Counted from the first letter of the stretch, positions 39,513-52,230 are shown. The stretch is 64,000 nt of DNA from Methanobacteriota archaeon (GCA_963787255.1 CAWBCJ010000010.1:96001-160000); one strand, 5' to 3'. A program made the numbers and translations. The notes: generated by a model from the sequence alone, not told the origin.

Positions 39513-39947
39513 ATGGTAAATAAAGACGAACTTACGGAAATGATAATTAATACTGATTTAGAAAAGGTTCCAGGCCCTAAAGATGTTTGGGAAAAGTATA
39601 TTGATCTCGATGATGGAAAAGTTTTAATTGTTGGCTATCATGAAGAGGGAAAAGTATGTGAAGGATTTAATGAGACAAGCGACGCATATGATGAAAAGAA
39701 ATGTGCAATTTCATATCAATGGTACTGGGAAATTAGAGATTCTGAAACATGGGAAGTATCATATGAAAATCGGGATACTGATCTTGGATTTTGCTCTGAA
39801 GAATTAAATAAACCATGGAGTGATGAAAGCACATTCGAGGATGTTGGAGATGTTCCCGGGACAGAACTCTGCACATGGAGCGATCAAAACAATATAGAAG
39901 ATATTGTAGAAGATATACTAGATGATATTCCCGATGTACTGGAATAA
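39513..39947 (+). CDS. Acidic hypothetical protein
   Basis: GGAG RBS; 144 aa, Asp/Glu-rich with several Trp and Cys. Confidence 0.7.
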   Translation: MVNKDELTEMIINTDLEKVPGPKDVWEKYIDLDDGKVLIVGYHEEGKVCEGFNETSDAYDEKKCAISYQWYWEIRDSETWEVSYENRDTDLGFCSEELNKPWSDESTFEDVGDVPGTELCTWSDQNNIEDIVEDILDDIPDVLE

Positions 39948-40020
39948 TAAAAGAAGTAATATTAGGGTTAGAATATAATTAATTTTTAAAGCCTTAAAAA
40001 TATTAATAACTGAAAAAGAG

Positions 40021-40218
40021 TTATTTTTTATCTTCTAACTCTTTTATCCTTTCATTTAAAGCTCTAATAATTATATCCTGTGCATCTTCAAGCTGTTCCT
40101 TTTCACCTTGTATTACTGGCCCATAATCGGTTTGTTTAACGTCTATGTCATGTTTTTCCATTATTTCAGCAAGTATTTGTCCGGGAACTCCAGGAGGTAT
40201 CTTCATTTCATATTTCAT
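40021..40218 (-). CDS. Small hypothetical protein downstream of tyrS
   Basis: GGTGA RBS; co-oriented with tyrS. Confidence 0.75.
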   Translation of the reverse strand: MKYEMKIPPGVPGQILAEIMEKHDIDVKQTDYGPVIQGEKEQLEDAQDIIIRALNERIKELEDKK

Positions 40219-40285
40219 TTAATCACCCTAATTATTTTCAATGATAATACTAATTTAAGTTTTATACTAATCCTTTAACTACTCT

Positions 40286-41245
40286 TCATATTTCCAGATA
40301 TTTTCTTACTGGTTCTAAAATTTTAATTATATCATTGGTTACAGCATTTTTAAGGTCTAATGGATGTAAATTTCCCTGTTTATATGCTTCTAAAAGTTCA
40401 TCATAAGTTAATTCAAGATTTCCTCCAAATTTAGGAGGTCTTTCTATTAACATTGTATCTTGCTTATCATATATGAAGTGTTTTGCTATTTCTATAATTG
40501 GATTTCCTTCAACCTCTCCAGCAGGACAGAAACTGTTCTTTATTTTCTTTTTAATAGATTCAGGAGAGTCATCAATGGCTATGAAATTTTCTTTACTTGA
40601 AGACATCTTTTCACTACCATCAGTTCCATGAAGAAGAGGTGTATGGATTATAACTGGTGCAGAAGACCCAATTTTCGATAGATTCTCCCGTGCAAGCATG
40701 TGGATTTTTCTTTGCTCCATCCCACCAACAGCAACGTCCGTATCTAAAAATAACATATCAATAACTTGCATGATTGGATATATGACTTCTGCAACTTTAT
40801 GATTCTCTTTATCTCTTGTTATTTGGGCCATACTTCTTCGTGCACGTGTAAGTGTTGTGGAAAGTGCAAGTTCATATACTTTAAGAGTATAATCCGGGGC
40901 AGTCTGGAAAGAGGACCCTAGAATAAATTCAGTTTCTTCACTTAGCCCAAAAGCAAGGAAACATTTTTGCATGTATTCTGAGATTTCTTTAATCTCTTCA
41001 AGCGTTCCTTTTTCATTTAAATAAGCATGAAGATCTGCAAGAAGGATTTTAATCTTAAAACCTGCTTTTTGGAGGTCTATCATTTTTTTTACGGTGATAG
41101 CATGTCCAAGATGAACTTTACCTGAAGGTTCATAACCGATATAAGCTACAGGAGAGTCTTTTTGAAGTTTTTCTTTAAGTTCATCGTGGGATATTATTTC
41201 AAGCGTTCCGCTTTCTATCATGTCTATTTTAGTATCAATGTCCAT
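40286..41245 (-). CDS. tyrS: Tyrosine--tRNA ligase
   Basis: [36 protein letters not shown]. Confidence 0.97.
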   Translation of the reverse strand: MDIDTKIDMIESGTLEIISHDELKEKLQKDSPVAYIGYEPSGKVHLGHAITVKKMIDLQKAGFKIKILLADLHAYLNEKGTLEEIKEISEYMQKCFLAFGLSEETEFILGSSFQTAPDYTLKVYELALSTTLTRARRSMAQITRDKENHKVAEVIYPIMQVIDMLFLDTDVAVGGMEQRKIHMLARENLSKIGSSAPVIIHTPLLHGTDGSEKMSSSKENFIAIDDSPESIKKKIKNSFCPAGEVEGNPIIEIAKHFIYDKQDTMLIERPPKFGGNLELTYDELLEAYKQGNLHPLDLKNAVTNDIIKILEPVRKYLEI

Positions 41246-41349
41246 TATATCACCGTAAATAATTTAATAATTTGTTATCTCGTGTAATTTGAAGAATCAG
41301 ATAATAATTTTTAATTTAAATTAATTCTAAAGTTACATTTTTGTACAAT

Positions 41350-42408
41350 TTAAATATTTTGAAAATTCCCTAAAATGTAAACTTCATTTCCTATTACAAT
41401 TACTGGGATCTGGGATCCAATTTGGATATCTGCATTTTCTGCATTGATTTCAATATCTATAGGTTCGTAGGAATCTGGATGAAGAATCTGTATAGAATTG
41501 GGAGTTTTTGCAGTTACAGTAGTTTCTTTAACGTCTTCTTTTTTTGCAACAGTTTCTATTTTATTGTAATCTCTCCACTGGACTGAATTTTGACTTAAAG
41601 AAATCAGGTCTTTAAACAGCACTTTTTTACCATCTATCCCTATTACTTGGCCTACGGAGTTTTCGTACTTAATAAAGTCATTAACTCTAAAATATGGTAT
41701 TCTAAGTGAAATCCAGATTCTGTGGAGGTCTTTCCCTGCTGATTTATCTCTTCCCATCAGCCGGGGAGATTCTTTCATAACACCGCCAAAATGATCCTTT
41801 AATACGCTTACTAACCGCTTTGCAACTTTATAAGAACCAACATAGTAATCTATCCCTTCTTTAAGCACCGCACGCTCTGATATGTAGGCCATTTTATTTT
41901 TTCTGGAAATTTTATCGATATTATCTGCAATTATAGCATCAATTGAGGCGATTTCTTCTTCACCAGGAATTCTATTGTCCGCTCTTAATTGGATAACAGC
42001 TTCATAATAACCTGATGTGAATTTACTGCACTCTGGACAAACTGTTCTTATAATTTTAACATTAATTTTGTAGTCCTGCTGAACAATTTCACCTAAAACA
42101 TCAGCTTTAATGTGTACAATGCATTCAATATTTGATCCACGTGCTAACAGTGTTTCCACATAAATTTCAACGTTTTTGGCATTTTCATTCAAAGTTATAT
42201 GTTTATTTATGGTATTTAAAATTATTTCTTCATCAGATAGTTCTAACTCGTACCATTTACCGCTAACTAGTCGCGATTCACAATGAGCACATATGGTAAT
42301 TTCTATTTCGTTTGGAATTTCCGCTAAAATCAATTCTTCTAAAAAACAGGACTTGCAGATGCTGCCTATAATTTCTTCGTCAGTTTCTCCGCATTTTGGA
42401 CAAAACAT
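41350..42408 (-). CDS. nmd3: NMD3 family ribosome biogenesis protein
   Basis: MFCPKCG, CKSC, CAHC, CPECSK..GYYEAVIQLR. Confidence 0.92.
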   Translation of the reverse strand: MFCPKCGETDEEIIGSICKSCFLEELILAEIPNEIEITICAHCESRLVSGKWYELELSDEEIILNTINKHITLNENAKNVEIYVETLLARGSNIECIVHIKADVLGEIVQQDYKINVKIIRTVCPECSKFTSGYYEAVIQLRADNRIPGEEEIASIDAIIADNIDKISRKNKMAYISERAVLKEGIDYYVGSYKVAKRLVSVLKDHFGGVMKESPRLMGRDKSAGKDLHRIWISLRIPYFRVNDFIKYENSVGQVIGIDGKKVLFKDLISLSQNSVQWRDYNKIETVAKKEDVKETTVTAKTPNSIQILHPDSYEPIDIEINAENADIQIGSQIPVIVIGNEVYILGNFQNI

Positions 42409-42461
42409 AATGATCATTCAATCAATTTTAATGAAAATAAAGGATAAATGGAATCTTCCAT

Positions 42462-42869
42462 TTATAATGCCTTAAGTGGGGCTTTTGCACCACAAGCTTC
42501 GCATTTTAGTAAAAATATACGATCTTCTCTAACTATTCTTGTATCTGGTCTGTTACACTCGTGACACATGATGAATCTCTTCACGTAATCATCTATTCTG
42601 TCATTTATGAGATAATGAGTAAATTTACCTTGCATAATGGCTCTGCTTCCCTCTAGATTTCCTGCAGTACCCATTTCTCTTAGTAAAAACTTGAGAAGAT
42701 GTTGGGGGTCCCTGTTTAATGCTTCGGCAATTTCCTTGAAATTTTGTATAATAGTCCTGTTTCCCTGAATTACAGAATAAGCACGGGGCACATTAAATCT
42801 CTTAGTTTCAAAAACCTTTTTGGGTAATTGATCTATGGCTCTATCTAATAATTTATCGTAATCGCTCAT
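42462..42869 (-). CDS. eif2b: Translation initiation factor aIF-2 beta
   Basis: [24 protein letters not shown]. Confidence 0.95.
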   Translation of the reverse strand: MSDYDKLLDRAIDQLPKKVFETKRFNVPRAYSVIQGNRTIIQNFKEIAEALNRDPQHLLKFLLREMGTAGNLEGSRAIMQGKFTHYLINDRIDDYVKRFIMCHECNRPDTRIVREDRIFLLKCEACGAKAPLKAL

Positions 42870-42984
42870 TTTTTTTAACCTCCCTTAAAAAAATTAAGAA
42901 TTATATTATTATACTTAAAATTAATATTTTTAATTTAAAGGCATATAAATTATGCTTTTCATGACTTAAAAAAGTAGTGATTTA

Positions 42985-43186
42985 TAAACCCCTTCAAACA
43001 CAAAGCATGCATAATCTTCGATCTGCTGCCACGAAACTTTGCTTCGTATCGCATGAAAAAAAACTTAGTTTTTGCTGCCTGCAATAATTCCCTCAAAAAT
43101 ACTACGATTTTGGAGCAAATAAAAAAAAACTTTGTTTTTCGTAAGCTATGAATTTATGGGGTTGAGGAAACGAAGTTTCCCCTAGT
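42985..43186. repeat. Intergenic cluster of short hairpins (REP/MITE-like)
   Basis: AAAAAC-TTA-GTTTTT, AAAAAC-TTT-GTTTTT, GGAAAC-GAA-GTTTCC, ACGAA-ACTTTGC-TTCGT, CAAAAAT..ATTTTG; outer AACCCC...GGGGTT. Confidence 0.45.
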
Positions 43187-43215
43187 TTTGGGAGATTTTT
43201 GAGATGTAATATCAA

Positions 43216-45216
43216 TCAAACAGTTTTAAGATAACCTGTCGTAGGCTCAAATACCAGCCCTTGCTGCTTTAATTTTGTGATTATCTGTTCTACTTTTTCT
43301 TCACTTACATTGTACCTGTCTGACATTTCATCTGTAAGTATGCTAACTGGTACTCTGCCTCCGTATTCATCACTTAATTCTTTAATGATATCTAGGAGAA
43401 CCCTAGCTTTGTCACGCTCGGATTTTGGTGTACGTCCTTCTACTTTATCTATATCAACTTTACCCGTTTCTGGATCAAGTCCGACCTGTTTCATACATTC
43501 CTGTTGTAGTTTAATGGCTCTTTTTGCATCAATATCTGTAACTTTTTTTCCTAGGCGTATTTTACAGTTTGCTTCAGATAAACGAACTAATGCTTCAAGT
43601 TGACGCGCTGTAATTGGAACTGGGGAGTCGTCATCATCGGCGCTGCTCCTCATTCCAACGTAAAATTCTTGAAGGACCTCAATAGCGCCATTTGTAAGTT
43701 TCGGCTTCACTTGCTTTCTTGCATATGCAATATATTTTCTTAAAAGTTCAGGATCAATTTCAAAAGGTATTTCAGCATTTTTATGTATATTTAAAATATG
43801 TTTTGCTAGTTTTCTATCCTTTTCAGCGTTAGGTTTATCTTCAACTACAAATATTAGGTCAAATCTTGAAAGAATTGGGGATGGAAGATTTATTTGTTCT
43901 GCAATTGATTTATATCGGTCAAATCTTCCAAATTTGGGGTTTGCAGCTGCAAGCATAGCACATCTGGAGTTTAAAGTTGCCATAATACCGGCTTTTGCAA
44001 TACTGATGGTTTGCTGCTCTAACGCTTCGTGTATGGCTGACCGATCTTCAGACCGCATTTTGTCTAACTCGTCTACACAAACGTTACCTCGGTCTCCTAA
44101 GACTAATGCACCTGCTTCAAGTGACCATCCTCCCAGATCGTCTTTTACGGCAGCTGCAGTAAGTCCCACACCACTTGTACCTTTACCACTGGTATAAATA
44201 CCACGCGGAGCGAGCTTTGAAACATATTTAAGCATCTGAGATTTACCAATACCAGGATCTCCCACAATTAGAATGTGTACATCTCCTCTGATTCTGGTTT
44301 TATCCTCTAGCTCTTTTGCGACACCTCCGAATAATTGAAGAGCTATAGCTTCTTTAACTTCCCTATAACCCTGAATTGAAGGTGCTGTAGAATTAATAAT
44401 TTTATTATACACGTCTGGATCTTTTGCAAGTTCTTTTATTTTTTCTTCATCTTCTTCGCTTATTTGAAGCTCTTCGAATTCCTGTTCGAGCGCTTCAATG
44501 TAATTACAGTAAATATAATTTTTAAAAAGCTTTGTTTTCTCATCCCGAACGGTTTTCAAAGTTCCAGTAATCCTTATAATATCTCCGGGAGTTACATTAT
44601 CTACCAGGTCGTCTTCTAGGACAACGTTAATTTGTCTCGGTTGTTCTCCTCCGGATAGGTTTTCGAGGGGTTCTTGAAGTTTGGTAGTTTGGGTATCTAA
44701 AAATTCTGATTCTTCTTGGAGTAATCTGAATGATCTGCCTCCACAGTCATTACAGAGCGCTGGTTCGCTGATCATATTGCTTTTTTGAGGTACTTCATGA
44801 AGTCTCATGCAGCTTCTACATTCAAACATTGCATTAATAATTCTTGGACGGATTTCATTGGTTTTTCTAATAATTCCATCCACGGCAACGAATTTACCGA
44901 TATATTTACTTCTTAGTTCCCTTAAGGGAATGTTATTGGTCAAATTCTCAAATCTAACTTGTAAATCTGCATTTTTACGGGTGGTGTCTATGTTTTTTAT
45001 TGCTTTTTGAGAGGCTTTTATAACTTCTTCTGGCTTTTCTATTAGTAAATCTGCTAGATCAGGATCGAACATTTCAAGTTGAAGGTAATTTACAACTACT
45101 GATCGTTTATCCGGATATTTTTCAAGTGCTTCAAAGATTGCGCCCTTGTATTCGGTGCTGAAAAAATCTTCAAATTTGGCTACGGATGTTTTTGATTTTT
45201 CTGTTATGGTGTCCAT
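43216..45216 (-). CDS. mcm: Replicative helicase MCM (no intein)
   Basis: CRSC..CNDC Zn finger, [27 protein letters not shown]. Confidence 0.97.
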   Translation of the reverse strand: MDTITEKSKTSVAKFEDFFSTEYKGAIFEALEKYPDKRSVVVNYLQLEMFDPDLADLLIEKPEEVIKASQKAIKNIDTTRKNADLQVRFENLTNNIPLRELRSKYIGKFVAVDGIIRKTNEIRPRIINAMFECRSCMRLHEVPQKSNMISEPALCNDCGGRSFRLLQEESEFLDTQTTKLQEPLENLSGGEQPRQINVVLEDDLVDNVTPGDIIRITGTLKTVRDEKTKLFKNYIYCNYIEALEQEFEELQISEEDEEKIKELAKDPDVYNKIINSTAPSIQGYREVKEAIALQLFGGVAKELEDKTRIRGDVHILIVGDPGIGKSQMLKYVSKLAPRGIYTSGKGTSGVGLTAAAVKDDLGGWSLEAGALVLGDRGNVCVDELDKMRSEDRSAIHEALEQQTISIAKAGIMATLNSRCAMLAAANPKFGRFDRYKSIAEQINLPSPILSRFDLIFVVEDKPNAEKDRKLAKHILNIHKNAEIPFEIDPELLRKYIAYARKQVKPKLTNGAIEVLQEFYVGMRSSADDDDSPVPITARQLEALVRLSEANCKIRLGKKVTDIDAKRAIKLQQECMKQVGLDPETGKVDIDKVEGRTPKSERDKARVLLDIIKELSDEYGGRVPVSILTDEMSDRYNVSEEKVEQIITKLKQQGLVFEPTTGYLKTV

Positions 45217-45382
45217 TATAAATATATCTGTGATTTATAATAATATTCTTTACTATTAAAATGGAAGATGTATGTCACTAAATAGTTACTTAATTATAAC
45301 TATTTATATGATATAAAACAAGAATTAAATTTGTTTATAATTATTTTTTGTATTTTATATTAAATGTTCACATGGTGATTAA

Positions 45383-45817
45383 ATGAAGAGATCAAGATTA
45401 AATCTATTTAAGGCGACATCAATGACAATATCCCTTCTGGGTATAATTATGATATTAGCTACAGTAGGGGTTTTTGCTTATATTGGTGTTCAGGGGTTAT
45501 CTTCCAAGGTTTCAGCTAATGTGGACAGTGGTTCGGCCTATGATCAGCTGGCTGCATTAAGATCTGAATATTCTACTTTAAGTGCTCAGTTTGATGTAGT
45601 AAAAAATAAGGCTAATAGATATGGAAGTAAAAAAGTTAAAAGTGACGCGTATAATGCACAAATTGAGCTTGTGAAAGCTAATTCTGCAGTTGCAGATGTA
45701 GAAAGTGCTTTATCATCTAATCTTTCTGCAGAAGAGGTAACTAATAGGATTAGTGTTGCTACTAATCAGCTTCAAATAGCAAAGGATAATATAAATAAAG
45801 TTAAAGGTGAAACTTGA
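45383..45817 (+). CDS. Membrane-anchored helical hypothetical protein
   Basis: GGTGA RBS; one N-terminal TM segment. Confidence 0.75.
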   Translation: MKRSRLNLFKATSMTISLLGIIMILATVGVFAYIGVQGLSSKVSANVDSGSAYDQLAALRSEYSTLSAQFDVVKNKANRYGSKKVKSDAYNAQIELVKANSAVADVESALSSNLSAEEVTNRISVATNQLQIAKDNINKVKGET

Positions 45818-45864
45818 ATATAGAAAGTTAAAACTAGGTTGGAATAAAAAAAAGGTATTGTGTG

Positions 45865-46095
45865 TTAAAAGGCCATTTCAAGTGTGTCATTGAATTTTTC
45901 ATTGATTTTGCACTGTAGTGCTTGCCTTGCATCTCTTTCACGTAATGCTAGGCTAATTGCCCTTTGGGCCATATCTTCTAGCTCTTCACGTGGTAGTTCT
46001 TTAATTCGGCGTTCTAAAGTGTCTTTTTTCATGTATTCACTTTCAAGTAAGAAATAAAATGAGTTTTGGAAAAGTTCTTCTTTCTTGTCTCTCAT
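45865..46095 (-). CDS. Small hypothetical protein
   Basis: 76-aa ORF with TTTATAAA upstream (possibly leaderless). Confidence 0.65.
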   Translation of the reverse strand: MRDKKEELFQNSFYFLLESEYMKKDTLERRIKELPREELEDMAQRAISLALRERDARQALQCKINEKFNDTLEMAF

Positions 46096-46516
46096 AGCAT
46101 ATTATATTGATTTTCATCATTTATAAATTTTACTGCTTTTATTTTGTAAATACACCTTTGAAATAAAGTATTATGGAAAGAGATAATTAATACTTTATCT
46201 AATTTTCGTAATACTCTATTTCCTATACGAACTATAATTAATACTTCTTCAGGACTATTATAATAATTAATATATATAAACTTTTACTCCCGATAGCTTC
46301 CAACGGAATGAAATAGAAGAATAATGAATATTTAGGAAGAATAAAGTTCAATATCTGCCATAAATGTCCAAAAATATAAAAATAAATTACTTAAATTCTC
46401 CATCAGTTCATTAGAACTGATATTTTTTGCATCTTGAACATCCCTGATCTATATTCTGCATTTTACTAGACTACCATAATATGTTTTCTGGTCTTAAAAA
46501 TTAATTTTAAACGTTA

Positions 46517-46657
46517 TTACTTGTACATGGGTCCTGTACGTATAAGAATACCGATTATAATGACAATTAAGAAAATAATAATGCAGGCAAGTATTAACTG
46601 TATTTTTATCTTTTTTTCTCTTTCAACCTGAATTTTTGATTTTTTCTCATCTGCCAT
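46517..46657 (-). CDS. Unannotated 46-aa single-pass membrane peptide
   Basis: MADEKKSKIQVEREKKIKIQLILACIIIFLIVIIIGILIRTGPMYK; charged N-terminus then about 20 hydrophobic residues. Confidence 0.5.
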   Translation of the reverse strand: MADEKKSKIQVEREKKIKIQLILACIIIFLIVIIIGILIRTGPMYK

Positions 46658-47005
46658 TATCCATTAATTCTGTTTTTTGTAGTCAATTAAATTTATGAAT
46701 ATTTTCCAGGAATCATTCACTATTTCTTTAAATAATATAAATTGGTTTTTCAAAAACCTATCATTTCTTTTTTTTGAACAAGACATTTTTAAAAAAAATA
46801 ATATTAAAATGCAGCTGCAAGGAGTGCACAAGCTAAAGCAGTATTCTTTGTCTCTTCATAGTGCTCACGCACTCTTTTTTCATTGATGAATTCTAATATT
46901 TTTATAATTTGCGATGAATAAGATGCAAATAAGAAAATAATTTCAATGGTTATATAATTACGATATTTTATAAAAAAAATTGCATTCAATTTATAGTATT
47001 AAAAC

Positions 47006-47611
47006 CTAATATTTTCCCATCGCTATTATATACATTTCAACGCTTCCCTTTTTTGAAGAGGGAGGTTTTGTGGTTTTAACAGTTTTAAACTTCTTCTTAA
47101 CTTTTTTAAGGTAATCTTCAAATCCTTCCCCCTGAAAGACTTTTATAATCATGCTGCCATCGATTTTCAAAATGAAATCAGCTATTTTCAGAGCATTTTC
47201 TGCAATATCAATGGATTTTAGCTGATCAATATCTTTTATTCCCGTTAATTTAGGTGCAGCATCAGATAAAATCACATCAGCATTCCATTCTAGTTCGCTT
47301 TCAATTTTATCCACAACTTCTTTCTTTGTAAAATCTCCTGTAATCTGTACAAAGTTTCCCTCTTCAAAAGGCCTAATCCTTTGAAGATCCACTGCAATAA
47401 CTTTACCTTCTTCTCCCACAATGTCTAAAGCTACCTGAGACCACCCACCGGGAGCAGCACCTAAATCAACCACATAATCACGAGATTTAATAATTCTAAA
47501 CTTCTTATTAAGCTGTAATAGTTTATAAGATGCTCTAGAACGATACATTTCCTTTTTTGCCATTTTATAATAATGTTCTCTCTTTTTTTCAACTTCCCAT
47601 TGTTTTCCCAT
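47006..47611 (-). CDS. rlmE: 23S rRNA 2'-O-methyltransferase RlmE/FtsJ
   Basis: [41 protein letters not shown]; start reassigned to MGKQW. Confidence 0.93.
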   Translation of the reverse strand: MGKQWEVEKKREHYYKMAKKEMYRSRASYKLLQLNKKFRIIKSRDYVVDLGAAPGGWSQVALDIVGEEGKVIAVDLQRIRPFEEGNFVQITGDFTKKEVVDKIESELEWNADVILSDAAPKLTGIKDIDQLKSIDIAENALKIADFILKIDGSMIIKVFQGEGFEDYLKKVKKKFKTVKTTKPPSSKKGSVEMYIIAMGKY

Positions 47612-47633
47612 GATACACATTCCTAACAGTTTA

Positions 47634-48161
47634 TCAATCTTTCTTAGATTCAAAATTAAGCGCTTTACAAGTTGAATCCCCAATTTTTACTATTTGAGCA
47701 TCTATTTCTCTGTTATCAATGTCTAGAAGCATAACAGATGGATCAGACAATCGGGGAACAGTAGCACTACCCGGATTCAACATAAGCACGTTTCCAATCT
47801 CTTTTATGAATGGCCAGTGAGTATGGCCAGTAATAAGCACCTCTACTCCCATTTCCATTGCTATATATTTCAATTGTTGGGTATCTCCTCTTGGATAAAC
47901 TTCGCCGTGATTAATACCAATTTTCAGACCTTCAATTTCAATAAAAATGTTTTTAGGTAATTTAATACCATAAGCTCTATCCATGTTTCCTTGAGAACAT
48001 TTAGTAGGAGCTATTTGTTCAAGTTCTTTTAAAACGTCAAAAGAAACCAGATCGCCGGCATGTAAAATTAGATCAACATCTTTAAATACTTCAAAAACTA
48101 TTTCTGGTATTTTTGAAGCCCTTTCAGGGATATGAGTATCAGACATAACGCCAATTAACAT
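47634..48161 (-). CDS. YfcE/Vps29-like metallophosphoesterase
   Basis: SDTH, HAGD, GNMD, HG, GHTH, NPGS. Confidence 0.9.
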   Translation of the reverse strand: MLIGVMSDTHIPERASKIPEIVFEVFKDVDLILHAGDLVSFDVLKELEQIAPTKCSQGNMDRAYGIKLPKNIFIEIEGLKIGINHGEVYPRGDTQQLKYIAMEMGVEVLITGHTHWPFIKEIGNVLMLNPGSATVPRLSDPSVMLLDIDNREIDAQIVKIGDSTCKALNFESKKD

Positions 48162-48584
48162 TTAATTTCTCCTTTCAAACACCAAATCATTTAACATTAT
48201 TATGTATGGTTTCTATAAAAAATATTGTGCAGATTTAAATATAAAAAAATAAAACTAACAAAATTTTAGATATTTATATTATAACTTCATATTTTAAATA
48301 AAATGCCCAATAAAACACTAAAACGCTTTATAAAACTCTAAATTTAATTATTTAAACGAAAATACCATTTTTAAATTAACTACATAAATAGATAACTCTT
48401 ATTGGATGGAAGTTTATTATCGTATAACCTTAAATAATACCATGTTCACAAATACTATAGTTATATATTTACCATAAAAATTATTATAAAAGTATCTAAC
48501 TAATTATTATTAAATTTAAATTAATATGACAAAAATCAGAATTAATATATTAACATTAATTTGAGTATTATTTTGAGTGATATC

Positions 48585-50714
48585 ATGCATGAAGTCATAA
48601 TTTGTGAAAAGCCAAAATCATCAGAAAAAATAGCAAAAGCGCTGTCAAAAAATACTAAGAAAAACAGCTATAAAAAAGTTTCATATTACGAGTTTGAAGA
48701 AAATGGGAAAAAAACCACAGTATTATCCGCAGTAGGTCATTTATATTCCCTTTCCCCAACTAGTTCAGGACAGGAAAAGATTTTTGATGTAGATTGGGTT
48801 CCACTTTATGAAAAAGATAAACAGAAAAAATACGTCAAAGGATATGTAGACGCCATCAAAAAGCTTTCTAAAGGCGCTGATAAATTTATTCATGCCTGCG
48901 ATTACGATATAGAAGGGACTTTGATAGGGTATAACGCATTAAAATATGGATGCGGTGAAGAAAGTGTAAATAATGCTACAAGGATGAAATTTTCAACATT
49001 AACAAAAGAAGATATCCTTAAAGCTTATGAAAATCCTATTGATGTCGATTTTAGACAAGTTGACAGCGGTATTGCAAGACACGTTCTGGATTTCCTTTTT
49101 GGAGTAAACATATCCAAATATCTCACAGATTCTGTAAGAGCAGCAACATCAAGATATGTTCAGCTTTCAGCAGGACGGGTACAAACTCCCACACTTTCTA
49201 TACTTGTAGATAGAGAAAAAGAGATTAAAAAATTCATACCTGTTCCTTACTGGCTTATAAAAGCCGCCCTTGAAGGAGATATAATAGCTGATCATAAAGC
49301 CGGTAAAATATTTGAAAGAAAAGATGCTGAAAGCATTCTGTCTGAATGTGAAGGCGGAGATGCTGTTGTAAATGACGTTATTTTAAGGGAAAATAAGAGA
49401 GCACCACCTTTTCCATTTGATCTAGGAAGTCTTCAATCTGAAGCTTATGGAGTATTTGGATTCAGCCCTAAAAAGACCCAACAATTAGCACAAAACCTTT
49501 ATACTGAAGGATACACTTCTTATCCTCGTACTTCATCCCAAAAACTTCCAAAGAGTATTGGATACGATAAGATACTTAAAAAGTTAAGTAAAAGCACTGC
49601 ATTTAAAAAACATGTAGACGCGCTTAAAAAACCTTTAAAACCAAATGAAGGTAAAAAAACAGATGAAGCACACCCTGCTATCCACCCAACAGGTACACTA
49701 CCAAAGAATTTGGATACAGATGACCAAAAACTCTATGAACTTATAACTTATAGATTTATATCCGTATTTGGTGAAGATGGAATTCAAGAATCCCTGAAAA
49801 CAGATTTAGAGATTAATTCACAGAAATTCACATTCAGCAGGAAGAGAATGGCTAAAATGGGATGGCTGGACCATTATCCATTTAGGAAGATTGAAAATGA
49901 AGTGTTCCCTGAAATTAAAAAAGGAGACATTTTAAAGGTTAAAGAAATTATCGATGAAGAAAAGGAAACAAAACCGCCGGCAAGGTACAATCAGGCGTCT
50001 CTTATAAGGGAACTTGAAAAAAGAGGTCTGGGAACAAAATCCACCAGAGCAAACATAATTTCCATTCTTTTTGACAGAAAATACATCGAAGGTACTAAAA
50101 TAAAGGTCAACAAACTGGGTGAACACCTTATTGATACTTTAAGGGAATATTCAAACAAGATTACAAGCGAAGAGTTGACAAGACAGTTTGAAATGGAACT
50201 TGAAGGCATCATGGAAGATAAAATCACAAAAGATCAGGTTATTGAAGAAGCTAAAGTAGAACTCACATCCATCCTCGATGACATTAAAAAGAACAAAAAA
50301 GAAATAGGCGAAAAGCTTTACGATGCTTACCAAGAAAGTAGAATCGTAGGGGAATGTAAATGCGGTGGAAATCTTGTCATGAAGTATTCTCCTAGAACAA
50401 AGGGTACTTTTGTAGGTTGTTCTGCTTATCCTAAGTGTAAAGTTACTTACCCTATACCTCGAGGTAGCAGCGTGTTGAAAACCAAATGTGAAAAATGTGA
50501 TCTTCCAATGATTTCATTTGGAAAACCTCGCCAGAGAGCCTGCATGGATCCAAAATGCGGTAGGGAAGGTAAAGAACCCACAAATGAAGTTGTTGGTATT
50601 TGTCCGCAGTGTGGAAATCAATTAATTAAAAGAATGGGTAGGTACGGAGAGTTTATTGGTTGCAGTGGTTTTCCAAAGTGCAGATTTACAAAATCAGTCG
50701 AGCAGGAAGCTTAG
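48585..50714 (+). CDS. topA: DNA topoisomerase I (type IA) with C-terminal Zn ribbons
   Basis: [32 protein letters not shown] active Tyr, [16 protein letters not shown]. Confidence 0.96.
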   Translation: MHEVIICEKPKSSEKIAKALSKNTKKNSYKKVSYYEFEENGKKTTVLSAVGHLYSLSPTSSGQEKIFDVDWVPLYEKDKQKKYVKGYVDAIKKLSKGADKFIHACDYDIEGTLIGYNALKYGCGEESVNNATRMKFSTLTKEDILKAYENPIDVDFRQVDSGIARHVLDFLFGVNISKYLTDSVRAATSRYVQLSAGRVQTPTLSILVDREKEIKKFIPVPYWLIKAALEGDIIADHKAGKIFERKDAESILSECEGGDAVVNDVILRENKRAPPFPFDLGSLQSEAYGVFGFSPKKTQQLAQNLYTEGYTSYPRTSSQKLPKSIGYDKILKKLSKSTAFKKHVDALKKPLKPNEGKKTDEAHPAIHPTGTLPKNLDTDDQKLYELITYRFISVFGEDGIQESLKTDLEINSQKFTFSRKRMAKMGWLDHYPFRKIENEVFPEIKKGDILKVKEIIDEEKETKPPARYNQASLIRELEKRGLGTKSTRANIISILFDRKYIEGTKIKVNKLGEHLIDTLREYSNKITSEELTRQFEMELEGIMEDKITKDQVIEEAKVELTSILDDIKKNKKEIGEKLYDAYQESRIVGECKCGGNLVMKYSPRTKGTFVGCSAYPKCKVTYPIPRGSSVLKTKCEKCDLPMISFGKPRQRACMDPKCGREGKEPTNEVVGICPQCGNQLIKRMGRYGEFIGCSGFPKCRFTKSVEQEA

Positions 50715-51020
50715 CAGCTTGTATATAACTCTTAAATATTTAATTATGGCTTGAAATACAGTCATATTAATTTTTTAATAAAAATTGTTTTTTATAAGCC
50801 TATTAATTTTTAAAAATTCTTTTTATCATTTTATTTTGAATAAAATTTTTCAAATCAGATCCTTTAGAACTTTATAATCCCTTATTATCAAATGTATTTT
50901 TTTTAATTAGGTTTTATGGCATCATTTATGAGTTAGAACGTCATTAAAAAGAAAAAGATTTTTATGTTAAATTATACTAACATTTATTATTAAATATTAT
51001 AACTTTTAGGGGGTAGATTA

Positions 51021-51764
51021 ATGATTTCTTTAGGTAGGAAATTTGTGGCAGAGGTTTTAGGAACTTTTCTTTTAGTTTTTTTTGGAACCGCCGCTGTAGT
51101 AGTAACACTGGCACTGGTTAATGGTATATGGACTCCAAATGCTTTTAATACCGGTATAACCATGGCAGATTGGCTGGCTATTAATGCAGTGTTTGGTATA
51201 GCACTTGCTATAGGTATTTATGCTTTTGGAAATGTATCAGGTGCTCATTTCAACCCTGCAGTAACTATTGCCTTGTGGGCAGTTAAAAAATTCCCCGGTA
51301 AAGATGTTGGCCCTTATATTTTGGCTCAACTTGTAGGTGCAACCATTGCCAGTCTTTTATTAGCATTATGCTTAGGTATGGCGGCTGTAAACTTTAATCT
51401 GGGTGCAACTGTTCCATTCTATAATTTTGGATATATTAATGCTATTGCTGTAGAAGCTGTGGGAACATTTATCCTAATGTTAGCTGTAATGGCCGTAGTA
51501 AATAAAAGAGTTGAACCGGGTATTGCAGGCTTAATTGTTGGTCTATCTATAACAGCATCTTTAACAGTGATATCAAATGTTACAGGTGGTTCTATAAACC
51601 CCGCAAGGACATTCGGGCCTTACTTGGCAGACACGCTTTTAGGCGGGGCAAATTTCTGGTATTACTTCCCCATATATATAATTGGACCAATAATTGGAGC
51701 TTTAATAGCAGCATTTGTTTACAACTATGTTGAAAGTGGAATAGAAGAAAGTAAAGGTAAGTAG
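51021..51764 (+). CDS. aqpM: Aquaporin (MIP family, AqpM-like)
   Basis: SGAHFNPAVT and GGSINPART NPA motifs. Confidence 0.9.
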   Translation: MISLGRKFVAEVLGTFLLVFFGTAAVVVTLALVNGIWTPNAFNTGITMADWLAINAVFGIALAIGIYAFGNVSGAHFNPAVTIALWAVKKFPGKDVGPYILAQLVGATIASLLLALCLGMAAVNFNLGATVPFYNFGYINAIAVEAVGTFILMLAVMAVVNKRVEPGIAGLIVGLSITASLTVISNVTGGSINPARTFGPYLADTLLGGANFWYYFPIYIIGPIIGALIAAFVYNYVESGIEESKGK

Positions 51765-51883
51765 AATAGAAAAAAATTAATTTTTTCCTTTCTTTTTTTT
51801 TAAGATTAGTCTTATTTTAATTCAGGCAAATTGGGTCATATCTAATTTTTTCTACTTTTTTTTTATTCAATAAGTGATGAATG

Positions 51884-51966
51884 AAGTCTCTAGCTGACTT
51901 TTTTTATCCTCTGACTTACAAAGTCATTAAACAAGGTTGCATAGCCTCTAAATTACATTTAAGACT
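51884..51966 (-). ncRNA. Orphan copy of the TRAM-gene promoter/leader element (candidate sRNA)
   Basis: Core GACTTTGTAAGTCAGAGGATAAAAAAAGTC identical to the core at 52595-52624; TATA-like CTTAAAT at the same offset; no substantial CDS follows. Confidence 0.5.
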
Positions 51967-52230
51967 TTAAAATCTACTTATTGCGTGCAATAAATTTCTA
52001 CTATTTTTTAAAATATAGCGGCCTTGTGGCTAAAAATAGTCGAGTTTAACGAAATATTTTATTATTGAGTTTAAAAAAAAACAAGAAATAGATAAATTAA
52101 ATTTTAAAGCTCATGACCAACAGCTTTAATGATTAAAGATATCTTAATTATAATAAAAACCTTTAATGTATCAATTATAATTTAAAGCATTAATATAGAT
52201 TATGAGCATTAAAAATTAACTTAAATTTAG

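Noticed and set aside
42870-45380. Replication origin near mcm
   Set aside because: No cdc6/orc1 gene and no recognisable ORB repeats in the flanking spacers.
46695-46989. ORFs 46695-46886 (+) and 46804-46989 (-)
   Set aside because: Low-complexity AT-rich frames without RBS or motifs; at most a small gene remnant.
43216-50714. Inteins in MCM or topoisomerase I
   Set aside because: Lengths (666 and about 710 aa) and motif spacing are normal; no intein or LAGLIDADG blocks seen.
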